Made by a program: the position numbers and the translations under genes
NCBI GenBank assembly: GCA_002010215.1
Contig: MTMY01000017.1
Location: 1 to 33,835, forward strand
Direction of reading: 5' to 3'
DNA length: 33,835 nt
Source: Archaeoglobus sp. JdFR-37
GTDB taxonomy: Archaea; Halobacteriota; Archaeoglobi; Archaeoglobales; Archaeoglobaceae
Shown: piece after piece, positions 9,305 through 18,180 of the stretch
Layout: each line of letters opens with the position of its first letter
How positions within the stretch are numbered: position 1 is the stretch's first letter
The notes under the pieces: model-generated
Seen by the model: only the letters and a program-made list of their open reading frames with translations
Told to the model about the DNA's origin: nothing
Databases searched by the model: none

Positions 9305-10224
9305 CAGAGCACCCCCTTTGTTTCTTCAGCTTTTCCGGCCTTTCCAATATAATCCTGACCGGCTTTATTGAAGTAAAATCCGTTGCAGATTCCATTTTTC
9401 GCCATTTCCTTAAGCCTTCCGAAGTCCTCGGTTGAATACCCTTCGTTGATCCTCCTCCTGTAAATTTCCCCAACTACATCTCTGTAACCTATTCTCTCCG
9501 AAATAGCCTCAATTCGCATGGCATCAACGAAGTCCAGCTTTTCTATATGCTCGTACATGCAAACATCCTTTCCGCTAAGCGTTGCACTTCCGAAAGGCTT
9601 CAGAACCAGATCGTCGCTCCTGAACCAGAACTCCTCTTTGCAGATGTATGGGCAATCTTTCCCGGTCTTATCTGCGAAGCTCTTCAAAAAGCAGTCGTGA
9701 GAGATGCCCAGCGGTATTTTTCCGTGCACCACCACTTCAACTTCCAGCCCAACATCCTTTATCTTGCGAATATCTTCTATTGGGAGCTCGTAGGCTGGCA
9801 TAACTCTCCCAACACCCATGCTGTAAAGAAGCTCGGCAGTGGCAGAAGTGTAAATGTTAGTCAGCCCGCCGGTATGAACTCTCACATCGGGATACTCTTT
9901 TGTGATATGCCTTATGACTCCGTAATTGGTTGATTCAACAGCATCCACTTCCAGCTCCACAGCTTTATCAATAAGGCTGAAAACGTGCTTCAAATCCTTA
10001 TTTCTGGGAGCAGCAAAGGTTGAGACATATACTTTTTTCTTCATAGCTCGAAGCATCTCCACCGCTGCTCCCAGATCATCGTGGTTTGAGATTAAATTTC
10101 CCTCATACTCCCAGCAGTAAGGCATGCCCAGATAAACCGCATCATAGTGTTTCAGGCTGCACTCAGACATGCTCTCGAGGGTTGGAACATTTGTTACGAG
10201 CTCTGGATTTACCTCATGAGTCAC
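9304..10224 (-). CDS. Peptidase U32 family Fe-S protein (UbiV-like)
   Basis: DAVYLGMPYC, EVVVHGKIPLGISHDCF, CPYIC, GKDVC; probable GTG start at 10224, just after the upstream stop. Confidence 0.85.
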   Translation of the reverse strand: MTHEVNPELVTNVPTLESMSECSLKHYDAVYLGMPYCWEYEGNLISNHDDLGAAVEMLRAMKKKVYVSTFAAPRNKDLKHVFSLIDKAVELEVDAVESTNYGVIRHITKEYPDVRVHTGGLTNIYTSATAELLYSMGVGRVMPAYELPIEDIRKIKDVGLEVEVVVHGKIPLGISHDCFLKSFADKTGKDCPYICKEEFWFRSDDLVLKPFGSATLSGKDVCMYEHIEKLDFVDAMRIEAISERIGYRDVVGEIYRRRINEGYSTEDFGRLKEMAKNGICNGFYFNKAGQDYIGKAGKAEETKGVL

Positions 10225-10225
10225 C

Positions 10226-10885
10226 TCAATCCCCTCCACTTTTAATCTGTCTACCTTCATACTTCACAATATCAGCTCCATCTATCCTCAACCAGGATTT
10301 TTGAGGTGGAAAGCTGGTTTCAAAAACCTTCTCATCACCCATGAAAACTTCCCACTTTCTGCAACACTTTTTTGTACACAGACCATCTTTCTTTGTGCTT
10401 ATACCATCAAAATATCCGGTTAGCATGCATCTGCCTTTGTAGAACATCTCCATCAACGCAAATCTGAAAAGCTCTAGTTTGTACGCTTTTTTCCCGGTTT
10501 TATCAGTTTTTGCCTTCGCAAAGTCTTCATTCAGCTCTGGTGGGATAATGCATATGTCACAACCAATCTCGGCTAGAAACTCTAAATCCAGTCTGTTTGT
10601 CGGGCAGATGCCCACGCTTGAAGTTATAGAAAGGTCGTGTTTATCCTTAAGTTTCCAGATGGTACCGGGATCGTTCAAAATTAGGCCTTCAATTCCTTTT
10701 AATTTATTAACAGCTTCCTCAATCTCTTTAGGACTTTTAATCCTGTTAAATGCCACATAAACCCGCTTCTGCTTTGCAAGCTCATTTATCTCTTCAGCAG
10801 TGAGAGCATACCGATCAGAGTATCGACTGAAACCTTTAAGACCGACATACAAGGCTTCTCCATCTCCAGGCCTGAGTTCTAGCAT
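10226..10885 (-). CDS. Short peptidase U32 family protein
   Basis: ALYVGLKGFSR, GLILNDPG, YKGRCML, GLCTKKCCRKW, VKYEGR; truncated barrel relative to typical U32. Confidence 0.78.
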   Translation of the reverse strand: MLELRPGDGEALYVGLKGFSRYSDRYALTAEEINELAKQKRVYVAFNRIKSPKEIEEAVNKLKGIEGLILNDPGTIWKLKDKHDLSITSSVGICPTNRLDLEFLAEIGCDICIIPPELNEDFAKAKTDKTGKKAYKLELFRFALMEMFYKGRCMLTGYFDGISTKKDGLCTKKCCRKWEVFMGDEKVFETSFPPQKSWLRIDGADIVKYEGRQIKSGGD

Positions 10886-11234
10886 CCAAATTTTTCACAA
10901 TTTATATTGGTATAATAACTTTTCCGAATTTTTCGACGATGGTACAGTTACATACTGGGGTTTGTGTCAGCTCTTTGTGCCAAGTTAATCAGTCCATCGA
11001 AAATTATTGTATTATTTGATGGATGGGCTATCCAGCTCTCGCTATCAGGTTTTTCCTGCTTCATCAAGAAAAACGACAGAAATATTATGTCTATATCACA
11101 ATGAAATACTTAAGTAGTATTGGGAATATAATTTCTTAGTTTTGGTAATTAATATGTGAAACAAATGAGTTCGCGTGACTTCCGATTTTGGGCAGAATGC
11201 GAATTCATGCGAAAAATGAAAGGAGGTGAGAATT

Positions 11235-11651
11235 ATGGCAATAGAAGAGAACAAAGCTATTGTCCGCCGTTTTCTGGAAGAGGCCTACAGTAAGGGGAAT
11301 TTGGCTGTGGGAGATGAGTCGTTAACAGACAATGTGGTACTCCATACTCCTGATGCTGATATTATGGGTATTGAAGGCTGGAAAAAATTTGCCACAATGT
11401 TTCTTACCGCATTCCCAGACCTCCAATTAACAATTGATGAAATGATCGCCGAAGGAGATAAGGTTGTGGCAAGCTGGACATGTCGTGGTACGCACAACGG
11501 CTACCTTCGAAGCATCGCCCCTACCGGCAAACAGGTAACATGGACTGGAATTGCCATTTACCGCCTTGCTGGTGGGAAGATCGAACATATCTGGGGTATG
11601 AATGATGCACTGGGTATGATGAAACAGCTCGGGGTTATCCCCTCTGGATGA
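11235..11651 (+). CDS. SnoaL-like ester cyclase (NTF2 fold)
   Basis: EENKAIVRRF, AFPDL, IAEGDKV, GTH.G, PTGK.V...G; AGGAGGTGA RBS before ATG 11235. Confidence 0.9.
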   Translation: MAIEENKAIVRRFLEEAYSKGNLAVGDESLTDNVVLHTPDADIMGIEGWKKFATMFLTAFPDLQLTIDEMIAEGDKVVASWTCRGTHNGYLRSIAPTGKQVTWTGIAIYRLAGGKIEHIWGMNDALGMMKQLGVIPSG

Positions 11652-11745
11652 TAGAGATGAGTCAACCCCCACCCTGTCAGAACAGACCCGTCAGCATTAG
11701 ACGAAACGATAACAGTACCTTTCAAGGTGCTATGCTGAAACATCT

Positions 11746-13056
11746 TCAAACAATCTTCATTGGCACCTTTGCCCAATCTCCAACCAGATAGTTGAATGTT
11801 GCATCCACAACTTTTACCACGTAAAATCTACCAACTTCACCCTCTTTCAGCACGACTGGCCGGTATGAGTTTGTTCTTGCAAGCATGGTGTTATTTTTGC
11901 CTTTTTTCGTCACCAGAACCCTTTCGACCCTCCCCACAAACTTTCTGTGGTTTTCCAGCCCAATTTCCTCGCACAACCTGGTCAGAATTCTGGACCTCTC
12001 CTTTTTAATCCAGTCCGGCATGTCCTTCAGTCTGTAAGCTGCCGTACCCTTTCTAGGGGAGAAACGGGTTATGTTCACAATATCGGGGCGGAACTCTTCA
12101 ATCAGCTGGTAACTCTTCCAGAATGATTCTTTGCTTTCAGTAGGAAAACCCACTATGATGTCAGTGGAGATCATGACATCATCAAATCTTCTTCTGAAGG
12201 CATTCACAACCTCCACGAAATCTTCCACAGTGTGATCCCGTCTCATATCTTCCAGAATCCTGTTATCTCCGCTCTGAACGGGGATGTGGAGGAACTTATA
12301 TATCTTCTCACTCTCAAAGGCACTTAAAAGGTCGTCAAGTATTTCAACAGCGTGCTGGGGATTCATCATCCCCACCCTCACCCTGAAATCACCGTCAATC
12401 TCTGAAATGGCATTGAGAAGATCTGGGAGCCTGTAATCCTTTCCATCCATCCCGTACGCCCCAGTGTCCTGAGAAGTAAGCTGAATCTCTCTGAATCCAT
12501 CTGTTACAGCTCTCTGAACCTCCTCCACAATTTTTTCCAGAGAGAAACTTCTCAACCTGCCTCTGGCAATTTTCGTTGCACAGTAGCTGCAGCTTCCTAG
12601 GCAGCCTTCGGAGATGGAGACGATGGAGATTGCGTTCTCTCTCTTTCTGCATTTTGTGGAGTGGAGGGCAGCCTTATCGGTGCTGCTCACCTGGATGAGT
12701 ACGGGCTTCTTCCCGTTGAGAGCTGAAATCACTGCTGAATCCACCAGATGGACGTTATCTGGGCTTATGACAGCATCAGCAATCTTTTCCATCTCCTTTC
12801 TGGCAATTCTGGCTAGACATCCGGCAGCAACAACAGTCTTTCCGCTCTCTTTCAGCTCTCTCAATCTTCTCAGGATTTTCCTTTCGGTGAAATTTATGAC
12901 TCCGCAGGTGTTGACGACAACCACATCTGCCTCATCCACAGAATTGGCTAGTCTAAAGTGCTTTGCAAGCACACCCCTCATTATGTCCGAGTCTGCCTGA
13001 TTTGTGGTGCATCCATATGTCTCTATGTAAACTCTGTGGGCTCTCAGGATGTCCAT
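11746..13056 (-). CDS. mtaB: tRNA t6A37 methylthiotransferase (archaeal MtaB/MiaB-like radical SAM)
   Basis: ETYGC..N, NTC, GCLGSCSYC (CxxxCxxC), DIIVGFP.E, C-terminal TRAM domain. Confidence 0.93.
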   Translation of the reverse strand: MDILRAHRVYIETYGCTTNQADSDIMRGVLAKHFRLANSVDEADVVVVNTCGVINFTERKILRRLRELKESGKTVVAAGCLARIARKEMEKIADAVISPDNVHLVDSAVISALNGKKPVLIQVSSTDKAALHSTKCRKRENAISIVSISEGCLGSCSYCATKIARGRLRSFSLEKIVEEVQRAVTDGFREIQLTSQDTGAYGMDGKDYRLPDLLNAISEIDGDFRVRVGMMNPQHAVEILDDLLSAFESEKIYKFLHIPVQSGDNRILEDMRRDHTVEDFVEVVNAFRRRFDDVMISTDIIVGFPTESKESFWKSYQLIEEFRPDIVNITRFSPRKGTAAYRLKDMPDWIKKERSRILTRLCEEIGLENHRKFVGRVERVLVTKKGKNNTMLARTNSYRPVVLKEGEVGRFYVVKVVDATFNYLVGDWAKVPMKIV

Positions 13057-13202
13057 CACGGATGTTGCGATACATGAGATATTAAAGATTGTCCCGAAGA
13101 AGTGCTTGTGTATCGTGCTTCCTCCGTGGGCAAGGTTGATTGCAGGAGCAACACTTTCTGCTCAGCAAAGTTTTAAATTTTCTTAATACAGATAGATGTT
13201 CG

Positions 13203-13424
13203 ATTAGCACAGAAGCTGAACTTCTAAAGGCGATTTACGAGGAGCCTAGGGTGATAAAGGAAGAGCTAAGAAGATTAAGTAGCAGGATAGAGCTCATCGA
13301 AGCTGGATTGATTCAGGAGGAAGAGATTAGCGAAGAAGAGGCAAAAGAGCTCGACAAACTTGCTGAAGAGGCGAAGAAAGACGGAGTTCCCTGGGAGAAG
13401 CTTAAAGCTGAAGAAAGAAATTAA
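13203..13424 (+). pseudogene. Orphan antitoxin-like coiled-coil protein lacking a canonical start (ATT)
   Basis: (I)STEAELLKAIYEE...EEEISEEEAKELDKLAEEAKKDGVPWEKLKAE resembles archaeal RelE-associated antitoxins; the TATA box at ~13171 predicts a start near 13203, where ATT stands; no toxin follows. Confidence 0.5.
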
Positions 13425-13738
13425 AAAGTAAGCAATCTGTCGCTCTCTCTCACAATTTCATAGAGGTCTTTCATGGTGGAGATGGGGCACAGTTCTGACT
13501 CGGATTCCCTTATTTTCAGACACGTGCCACACGCGTAGATTTCTCCTCCATTATCCACGAAGACCTTCATCTGCTCTGGAACATTGAATCGCGCATCTGC
13601 CAGTTTTTCACACTCAACACCTTTTCCAAGCAGAAAAACCTTCACATCATCTCCCGCATTCAGGGCGAAGTTTGCAAATCTGAAGGCATTCCAGACGGTC
13701 TCGGGATCATTTGAGGAAATAACGATTCCCACCTTCAT
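13421..13738 (-). CDS. DsrE/DsrF-like sulfurtransferase-family protein
   Basis: PETVWNAFRFANFAL, VFLLGKGVE, ACGTCLK.R, CPISTM. Confidence 0.88.
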   Translation of the reverse strand: MKVGIVISSNDPETVWNAFRFANFALNAGDDVKVFLLGKGVECEKLADARFNVPEQMKVFVDNGGEIYACGTCLKIRESESELCPISTMKDLYEIVRESDRLLTF

Positions 13739-13855
13739 GGAATACTAAGTGTCAAGCCTAGTATTATAATTTTTACTTCAGATTGATTTAAGCTGGGTTT
13801 GGATGACCGACCAGTTGGTCAAATTTTCCGAAGGTGCCACAGGCGGATTTGAAAC

Positions 13856-14084
13856 AACGACAAAGATTTCCTCGAAGACCTTGGTGCGGATTTCAAAGAG
13901 AGTCTTCAGGAGCTGAACTTTGAAAAATCTGTGGATGGATACAAGAAAATGAAGAACTTGGAATGGAGAAGACACTTAATGACATGGGCAGATTAATAGA
14001 GGCATACAGGATACGTAATGCCCTCACGGGTACACAACCATAAAAGAAATCAGACGAGATTTTAGGGTCGTGGTGGAGGATTAA
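13856..14084 (+). pseudogene. Frameshifted HEPN (HepT/DUF86-like) RNase toxin remnant
   Basis: Joined frames read ...LNDMGRLIEAYRIRNAL / HGYTTIKE..., an R-x4-6-H HEPN motif broken by a frameshift at ~14025. Confidence 0.55.
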
Positions 14085-14138
14085 CGGAATCTTTAGCCAG
14101 ACCGTCAGGTTTTAAAACACCTCATTCAAGATCCCACC

Positions 14139-14981
14139 ATGGAGCCAAGAGAAAACTGGTTCACCGAATTCTACGGGGATGCAGCCCTCATGATAAAGGT
14201 CAGGAAAAAGATTTTCGAGGGACAAACAGAATTCCAGCACATGCAGATTTTCGACACCGAGTTTTTTGGCAAGTTGCTGGTTCTGGATGGTAAAGTGCAG
14301 CTAACAGAAAGAGATGAGGGATTCTATCACGAAATGCTGGTTCACGTCCCCATGTTCACTCATCCAAATCCCAGAAAGGTTCTGATCATTGGTGGGGGAG
14401 ATGGTGGCTCCGTTAGAGAGGCCTTAAAACATAATCCAGATGAGATTGTGATGGTGGAAATAGACAGGAAGGTGGTTGAGTTCTGCAGAGAATACATTGG
14501 CGTTGACAAGGGTGCTCTGAACGACAGCAGAGTGACAGTTCTTTACGAGGACGGCATCGAATTCGTGAAGAGTACAAACGAGAGGTTTGATGTCCTGATT
14601 GTGGATGGGACTGACCCTAATCCGGTGAGCAAGAGCTTGGTGATGGGGGATTTCTACGAAGCGTGTGCTAGGATCTCAGATGTTTTTGCCACCCAGAGCC
14701 AGACACCATTCATTCAGCAGGAATACTTCAGGCTGATACTTGAAAATACCCGTGGCGTCTTCCTGAACCGTCGGGTGTATCTGGGATACGTTCCCACATA
14801 CCCCTTCGGACTGTGGAGCTACTTGCTTGCTTCAAATCGTGATATTTCTTTGGATGGGGAAGAAATAACGCAGAGGTATGTAGAAAGAGGCGTTGAAACA
14901 GTCTATTACACTCCTACAATCCACGTATCCAGCTTTGTTTTACCGAAATGGGTAGCGGACATCGTTAATGCCTACAGCTAG
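14139..14981 (+). CDS. speE: Polyamine aminopropyltransferase (spermidine synthase family)
   Basis: LVLDGKVQLTERDE..YHEML, VLIIGGGDGG, VEID, FDVLIVD, VPTYP.GLW. Confidence 0.95.
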   Translation: MEPRENWFTEFYGDAALMIKVRKKIFEGQTEFQHMQIFDTEFFGKLLVLDGKVQLTERDEGFYHEMLVHVPMFTHPNPRKVLIIGGGDGGSVREALKHNPDEIVMVEIDRKVVEFCREYIGVDKGALNDSRVTVLYEDGIEFVKSTNERFDVLIVDGTDPNPVSKSLVMGDFYEACARISDVFATQSQTPFIQQEYFRLILENTRGVFLNRRVYLGYVPTYPFGLWSYLLASNRDISLDGEEITQRYVERGVETVYYTPTIHVSSFVLPKWVADIVNAYS

Positions 14982-15006
14982 GCTCATGTTAGGGGTAAAA
15001 TCTGAT

Positions 15007-15747
15007 CTATACCTTTCTCCCTATGGTTATATAACCGGTGTGAAAAATCGGAGAGGTAGGGCGTGTCCCCACTCTCTTGAACTCCAGATCTATTTTCACC
15101 AGCTCAAAAGACTCCACACCAAAAAAGCCGTGTTTTACCATTTCTTCGTAAACCCTTTTCGTCGCCTCTATATAGGGGTTGTAAACAGCAAGGTGGCCAC
15201 CACTCCTCAAAATTTCCTTAGCCTTTCCCACGAATTCTGCATCATCTTTCATGTCTAGGAAAATCAGATCAAACTCTTTTTTGAAGCCGTCAGCAACAAA
15301 TCTTACATCTCCTACAATCTGGTGGATGTTTTTCAGGCCAGCCGTCCTGAAATTCTGCCTTGCAACCCTTGCAAACTCCCTTCGTCTCTCTACAGTAACA
15401 ACCTCCCCATACTTGTTAAAGTAGGCAAGATAAGCAGCAACCATGCCGCTTCCTGTTCCTGCATCAAGAATCAGGGAGTCAGGGGAAAGGGCGGAATAGG
15501 CTATAACGGCTCCTATGTCCTTTGGCATAACCGGCGTTGCTGAACGCCTGAAGAACCGGAAGAAGTCTGAGGGGCTGAAGGGGACTATTCTGTACTTCAC
15601 ACCCAGATGAGTTCTGACAATATCTCCGTAATTCTTCCCTTTAAGCTCTTCTAGCTTTATTATTCCGTGGTGGGTGTGCAACTCCCCTTCAAATTTCTCA
15701 ACGAGATACGAATTTCTCCCCCTTTCAAGAATAACGGGAGGTTCCAT
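15007..15747 (-). CDS. trmI: tRNA (adenine-57/58-N1)-methyltransferase
   Basis: LHTHHG, PKD, ILDAGTGSG, DLIFLD, TRP...FHTGY. Confidence 0.9.
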   Translation of the reverse strand: MEPPVILERGRNSYLVEKFEGELHTHHGIIKLEELKGKNYGDIVRTHLGVKYRIVPFSPSDFFRFFRRSATPVMPKDIGAVIAYSALSPDSLILDAGTGSGMVAAYLAYFNKYGEVVTVERRREFARVARQNFRTAGLKNIHQIVGDVRFVADGFKKEFDLIFLDMKDDAEFVGKAKEILRSGGHLAVYNPYIEATKRVYEEMVKHGFFGVESFELVKIDLEFKRVGTRPTSPIFHTGYITIGRKV

Positions 15748-15755
15748 GTTTCACT

Positions 15756-16088
15756 TCACAATCCTTGGAGTTTCATCAGCGCTTCGGCAATATCGCCTTT
15801 TGCCTCCTTCAGCGCTTTCACAGCTTCTTCTTCACTCACACCTGCCTGTTCCATGACGAGTTTGACGTCTTCCTCGCTAACTTCAACTTCCCTCTCCACA
15901 ACTTCATAGCTTCCGGCAATCTGGAACGTCTCAACGCCCTTTGCAGTTATCTTTGTTACTGTGGGGTTTTTGAACACGAGCTCTTCTTCTCTGGTTCTGA
16001 TTATCACCTCTTCTGCGTCAAGCTCGTCCATCTCAATACCCATCTGTTTCATCATCTTCTTCATCTGTTTCGGATTTAGAGGCATCAT
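15756..16088 (-). CDS. nac: Nascent polypeptide-associated complex protein
   Basis: NPKQMKKMMKQMGI, NAC barrel, UBA domain EEDVKLVMEQAGVS...GDIAEA; start reset to ATG 16088. Confidence 0.95.
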   Translation of the reverse strand: MMPLNPKQMKKMMKQMGIEMDELDAEEVIIRTREEELVFKNPTVTKITAKGVETFQIAGSYEVVEREVEVSEEDVKLVMEQAGVSEEEAVKALKEAKGDIAEALMKLQGL

Positions 16089-16301
16089 GGTTATCCCAGC
16101 CTGCCTTACTCTCAAAATTTAAGAGGTTTGTGGTCTCCTGCTGTATTTGTGTTTTTTCAGATATCATTCCTTGATTATTTAACCAGTGTCAATTAATATG
16201 GAGATATGGGTGGACAAACCATGCTGCAAGCTCTATCAAAGACCAAGCTCAGCTACCTGACTCTCGTTTCGCTGGTTACGCTGATAGTACTGTCTAGGCC
16301 T

Positions 16302-16559
16302 TTAGATAATCTTCCAGTAACACTCTTTAATGCCCTTGCCGTTAAAGCTATACTTCTTCAAAATCTCGTGTAGATGCGAGACCTTTATGGCCCGCTTGTC
16401 GTTGAACTCCTGAACCTTCCCATCGCTATAGACCAGCTTAATCTCTGTGGCATAGGTTTCGTAGAAAAGACGATTCTCATAGCTAATTGAAAACTTCTCA
16501 ATCTCTTTCTGAACTCGTTCTCTTAGAACATCCAGAGGAAAGATCGTCTCCTCCGATAT
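16302..16559 (-). CDS. Hypothetical 85-aa protein with non-canonical ATA start (not in ORF track)
   Basis: Open frame (I)SEETIFPLDVLRERVQKEIEKFSISYENRLFYETYATEIKLVYSDGKVQEFNDKRAIKVSHLHEILKKYSFNGKGIKECYWKII; GGTGA RBS 3 nt before ATA; host-like codon usage. Confidence 0.55.
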   Translation of the reverse strand: MSEETIFPLDVLRERVQKEIEKFSISYENRLFYETYATEIKLVYSDGKVQEFNDKRAIKVSHLHEILKKYSFNGKGIKECYWKII

Positions 16560-16625
16560 GAATCACCTACTCATTTAGTGAACCTGAGAGTATTTATAAT
16601 TAACTGTAACGACGGTTTACGCTTG

Positions 16626-17177
16626 CTATTTCTGGATTTTAATTTTCTGAGCCTGCACATCTTCAGCAATAACCTCCACCGCCTCTAATTTTACCGCCTT
16701 AATTTTTCTGCAACGTATTTTCTCGGCTTTGATACTTGACGTTTCAGAAATCAGGTTTTCTGCCTCAATCTCTTTGGCTATTATGGCCTTCCTAGCATAA
16801 ACGTTATTCGCCATGATTTTGTCCGCTTCAATGAACCAGCCTGCTTCAACCCTCTGCCCAGAGACCAGATCAGATCTTATATACCCTTCAGCCTCTATCA
16901 AATTCGCCCTAATATAGCTTCTGGCAGCTATATGCCTTGAGGCCACTATTTTTTCTGCAACAATGAATGAATCTGACGTCAAACTCACACATCTCAAAGT
17001 TCCGCCAGACTTTACAAAGCCCCTCACCTTGCACGGTCTGATGAATTTGATATCGCCATCGAAGTGTATGCTGTCCTCAACCACCTTAGCTTCAACAACC
17101 AATGTGCCGGTTTTGTCTATGTAGATTCTGCCAGCGTGGGTTCCAGCATGGGTTCTGTCAAAGCTTTCAGAGTCCAT
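16626..17177 (-). CDS. Beta-solenoid (bactofilin-like) repeat protein
   Basis: More than 20 short I/V-x-A-x-x repeats (IVAEK IVASRH IAARSY IRANL IEAEGY ... IKAEK IRCRK IKAVK LEAVE VIAED VQAQK). Confidence 0.65.
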   Translation of the reverse strand: MDSESFDRTHAGTHAGRIYIDKTGTLVVEAKVVEDSIHFDGDIKFIRPCKVRGFVKSGGTLRCVSLTSDSFIVAEKIVASRHIAARSYIRANLIEAEGYIRSDLVSGQRVEAGWFIEADKIMANNVYARKAIIAKEIEAENLISETSSIKAEKIRCRKIKAVKLEAVEVIAEDVQAQKIKIQK

Positions 17178-17266
17178 CAAAAAGTATTGGATTTAAAATT
17201 TAAAAGGGTTCAGTACAAATCGAATCACATCGCAACCCGTTTAAACTCTGGCATCAGGTTAATGGC

Positions 17267-18010
17267 ATGAAGATCGTTTTTCATCCACGATGTCTGGAGG
17301 TTTACTCATCTGACCCGGCAGCATCCTCTGGGCGGCTGGAGGCAATTCTGGATGAGCTGAAAGATGATTATGAATTCGTTGAGCCAGAGCCGTGTAGTGA
17401 CGATGACGTGCTGCTTGTTCATACGGCAGGCTTGCTTGAGGAAGTTAAAGCCATGAAAGAAGTGTATGGCGTGGCAAGACTTGCTGCAGGTGGCGCTATT
17501 CTGGCAAGTAACATCGCCTTCAACGAGCCCGCCTTTGCTCTCATCCGCCCCCCGGGACACCACGCAAATCCCGGCTACTTCTGGGGGTTCTGCTACTTTA
17601 ACAATATCGCCATTGCCGTCAGAAAGCTGATTGCAGAGGGGAGAATTGGTAAAGCTGTTATAGTGGACTTCGATCTTCATTTCGGAGATGGTACAGATGC
17701 AATTTTCAAAAATGATCCATCTGTGGAATACTTCCACATGCCTGTTGATGATGTGAGCAGCGTGGAGAATTTTCTGAAAGCCAAGGATTACGATATCATC
17801 GCTGTATCAGCTGGTTTTGATAAGCACAAAAAAGATTGGGGCGGCTATCTTGAGACAGAGGACTACAGAGAAATCGGGAGAATAATTGCAGAATTTGCTG
17901 CAGAGAAATGCCAAGGAAGGAGATTTGCTGTGCTTGAGGGTGGCTACAACACTGATGTATTGGGAAAGAACGTCAAGGCTTTCCTCGAGGGTTTTGAGGT
18001 GTCCGAATGA
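17267..18010 (+). CDS. Histone deacetylase/acetylpolyamine amidohydrolase family protein
   Basis: RPPGHHA, GFCYFNN, DFDLHFGDGT, SAGFD, LEGGY. Confidence 0.94.
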   Translation: MKIVFHPRCLEVYSSDPAASSGRLEAILDELKDDYEFVEPEPCSDDDVLLVHTAGLLEEVKAMKEVYGVARLAAGGAILASNIAFNEPAFALIRPPGHHANPGYFWGFCYFNNIAIAVRKLIAEGRIGKAVIVDFDLHFGDGTDAIFKNDPSVEYFHMPVDDVSSVENFLKAKDYDIIAVSAGFDKHKKDWGGYLETEDYREIGRIIAEFAAEKCQGRRFAVLEGGYNTDVLGKNVKAFLEGFEVSE

Positions 18011-18153
18011 GTTATATTCTCTAAATTCCAAAAAAGATACGTGTCTCTAGAAGAACTGGAGATTTTGAAAGAATCGGCGTCTTCTCACCCTTTGAAATCC
18101 ATCTGGCGGATGAAAAAGAGTTCAGGTGGTACAGGAGGTTTGCTAAAAAATGA
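18011..18153 (+). pseudogene. C-terminal remnant of a minimal nucleotidyltransferase (MNT)
   Basis: IGVFSPFEIHLADEKEFRWYRRFAKK resembles the C-terminus of archaeal MNT proteins; no start and no GS/DxD motif. Confidence 0.45.
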
Positions 18154-18180
18154 TTGAAATCAGGTAATTCCTTTTTTGCC

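Noticed and set aside
16207..16374. 55-aa + strand ORF with a hydrophobic N-terminus (MGGQTMLQALSKTKLSYLTLVSLVTLIVL...)
   Set aside because: Its second half is antisense to the 16302-16559 ORF; at most a fragment and not assignable
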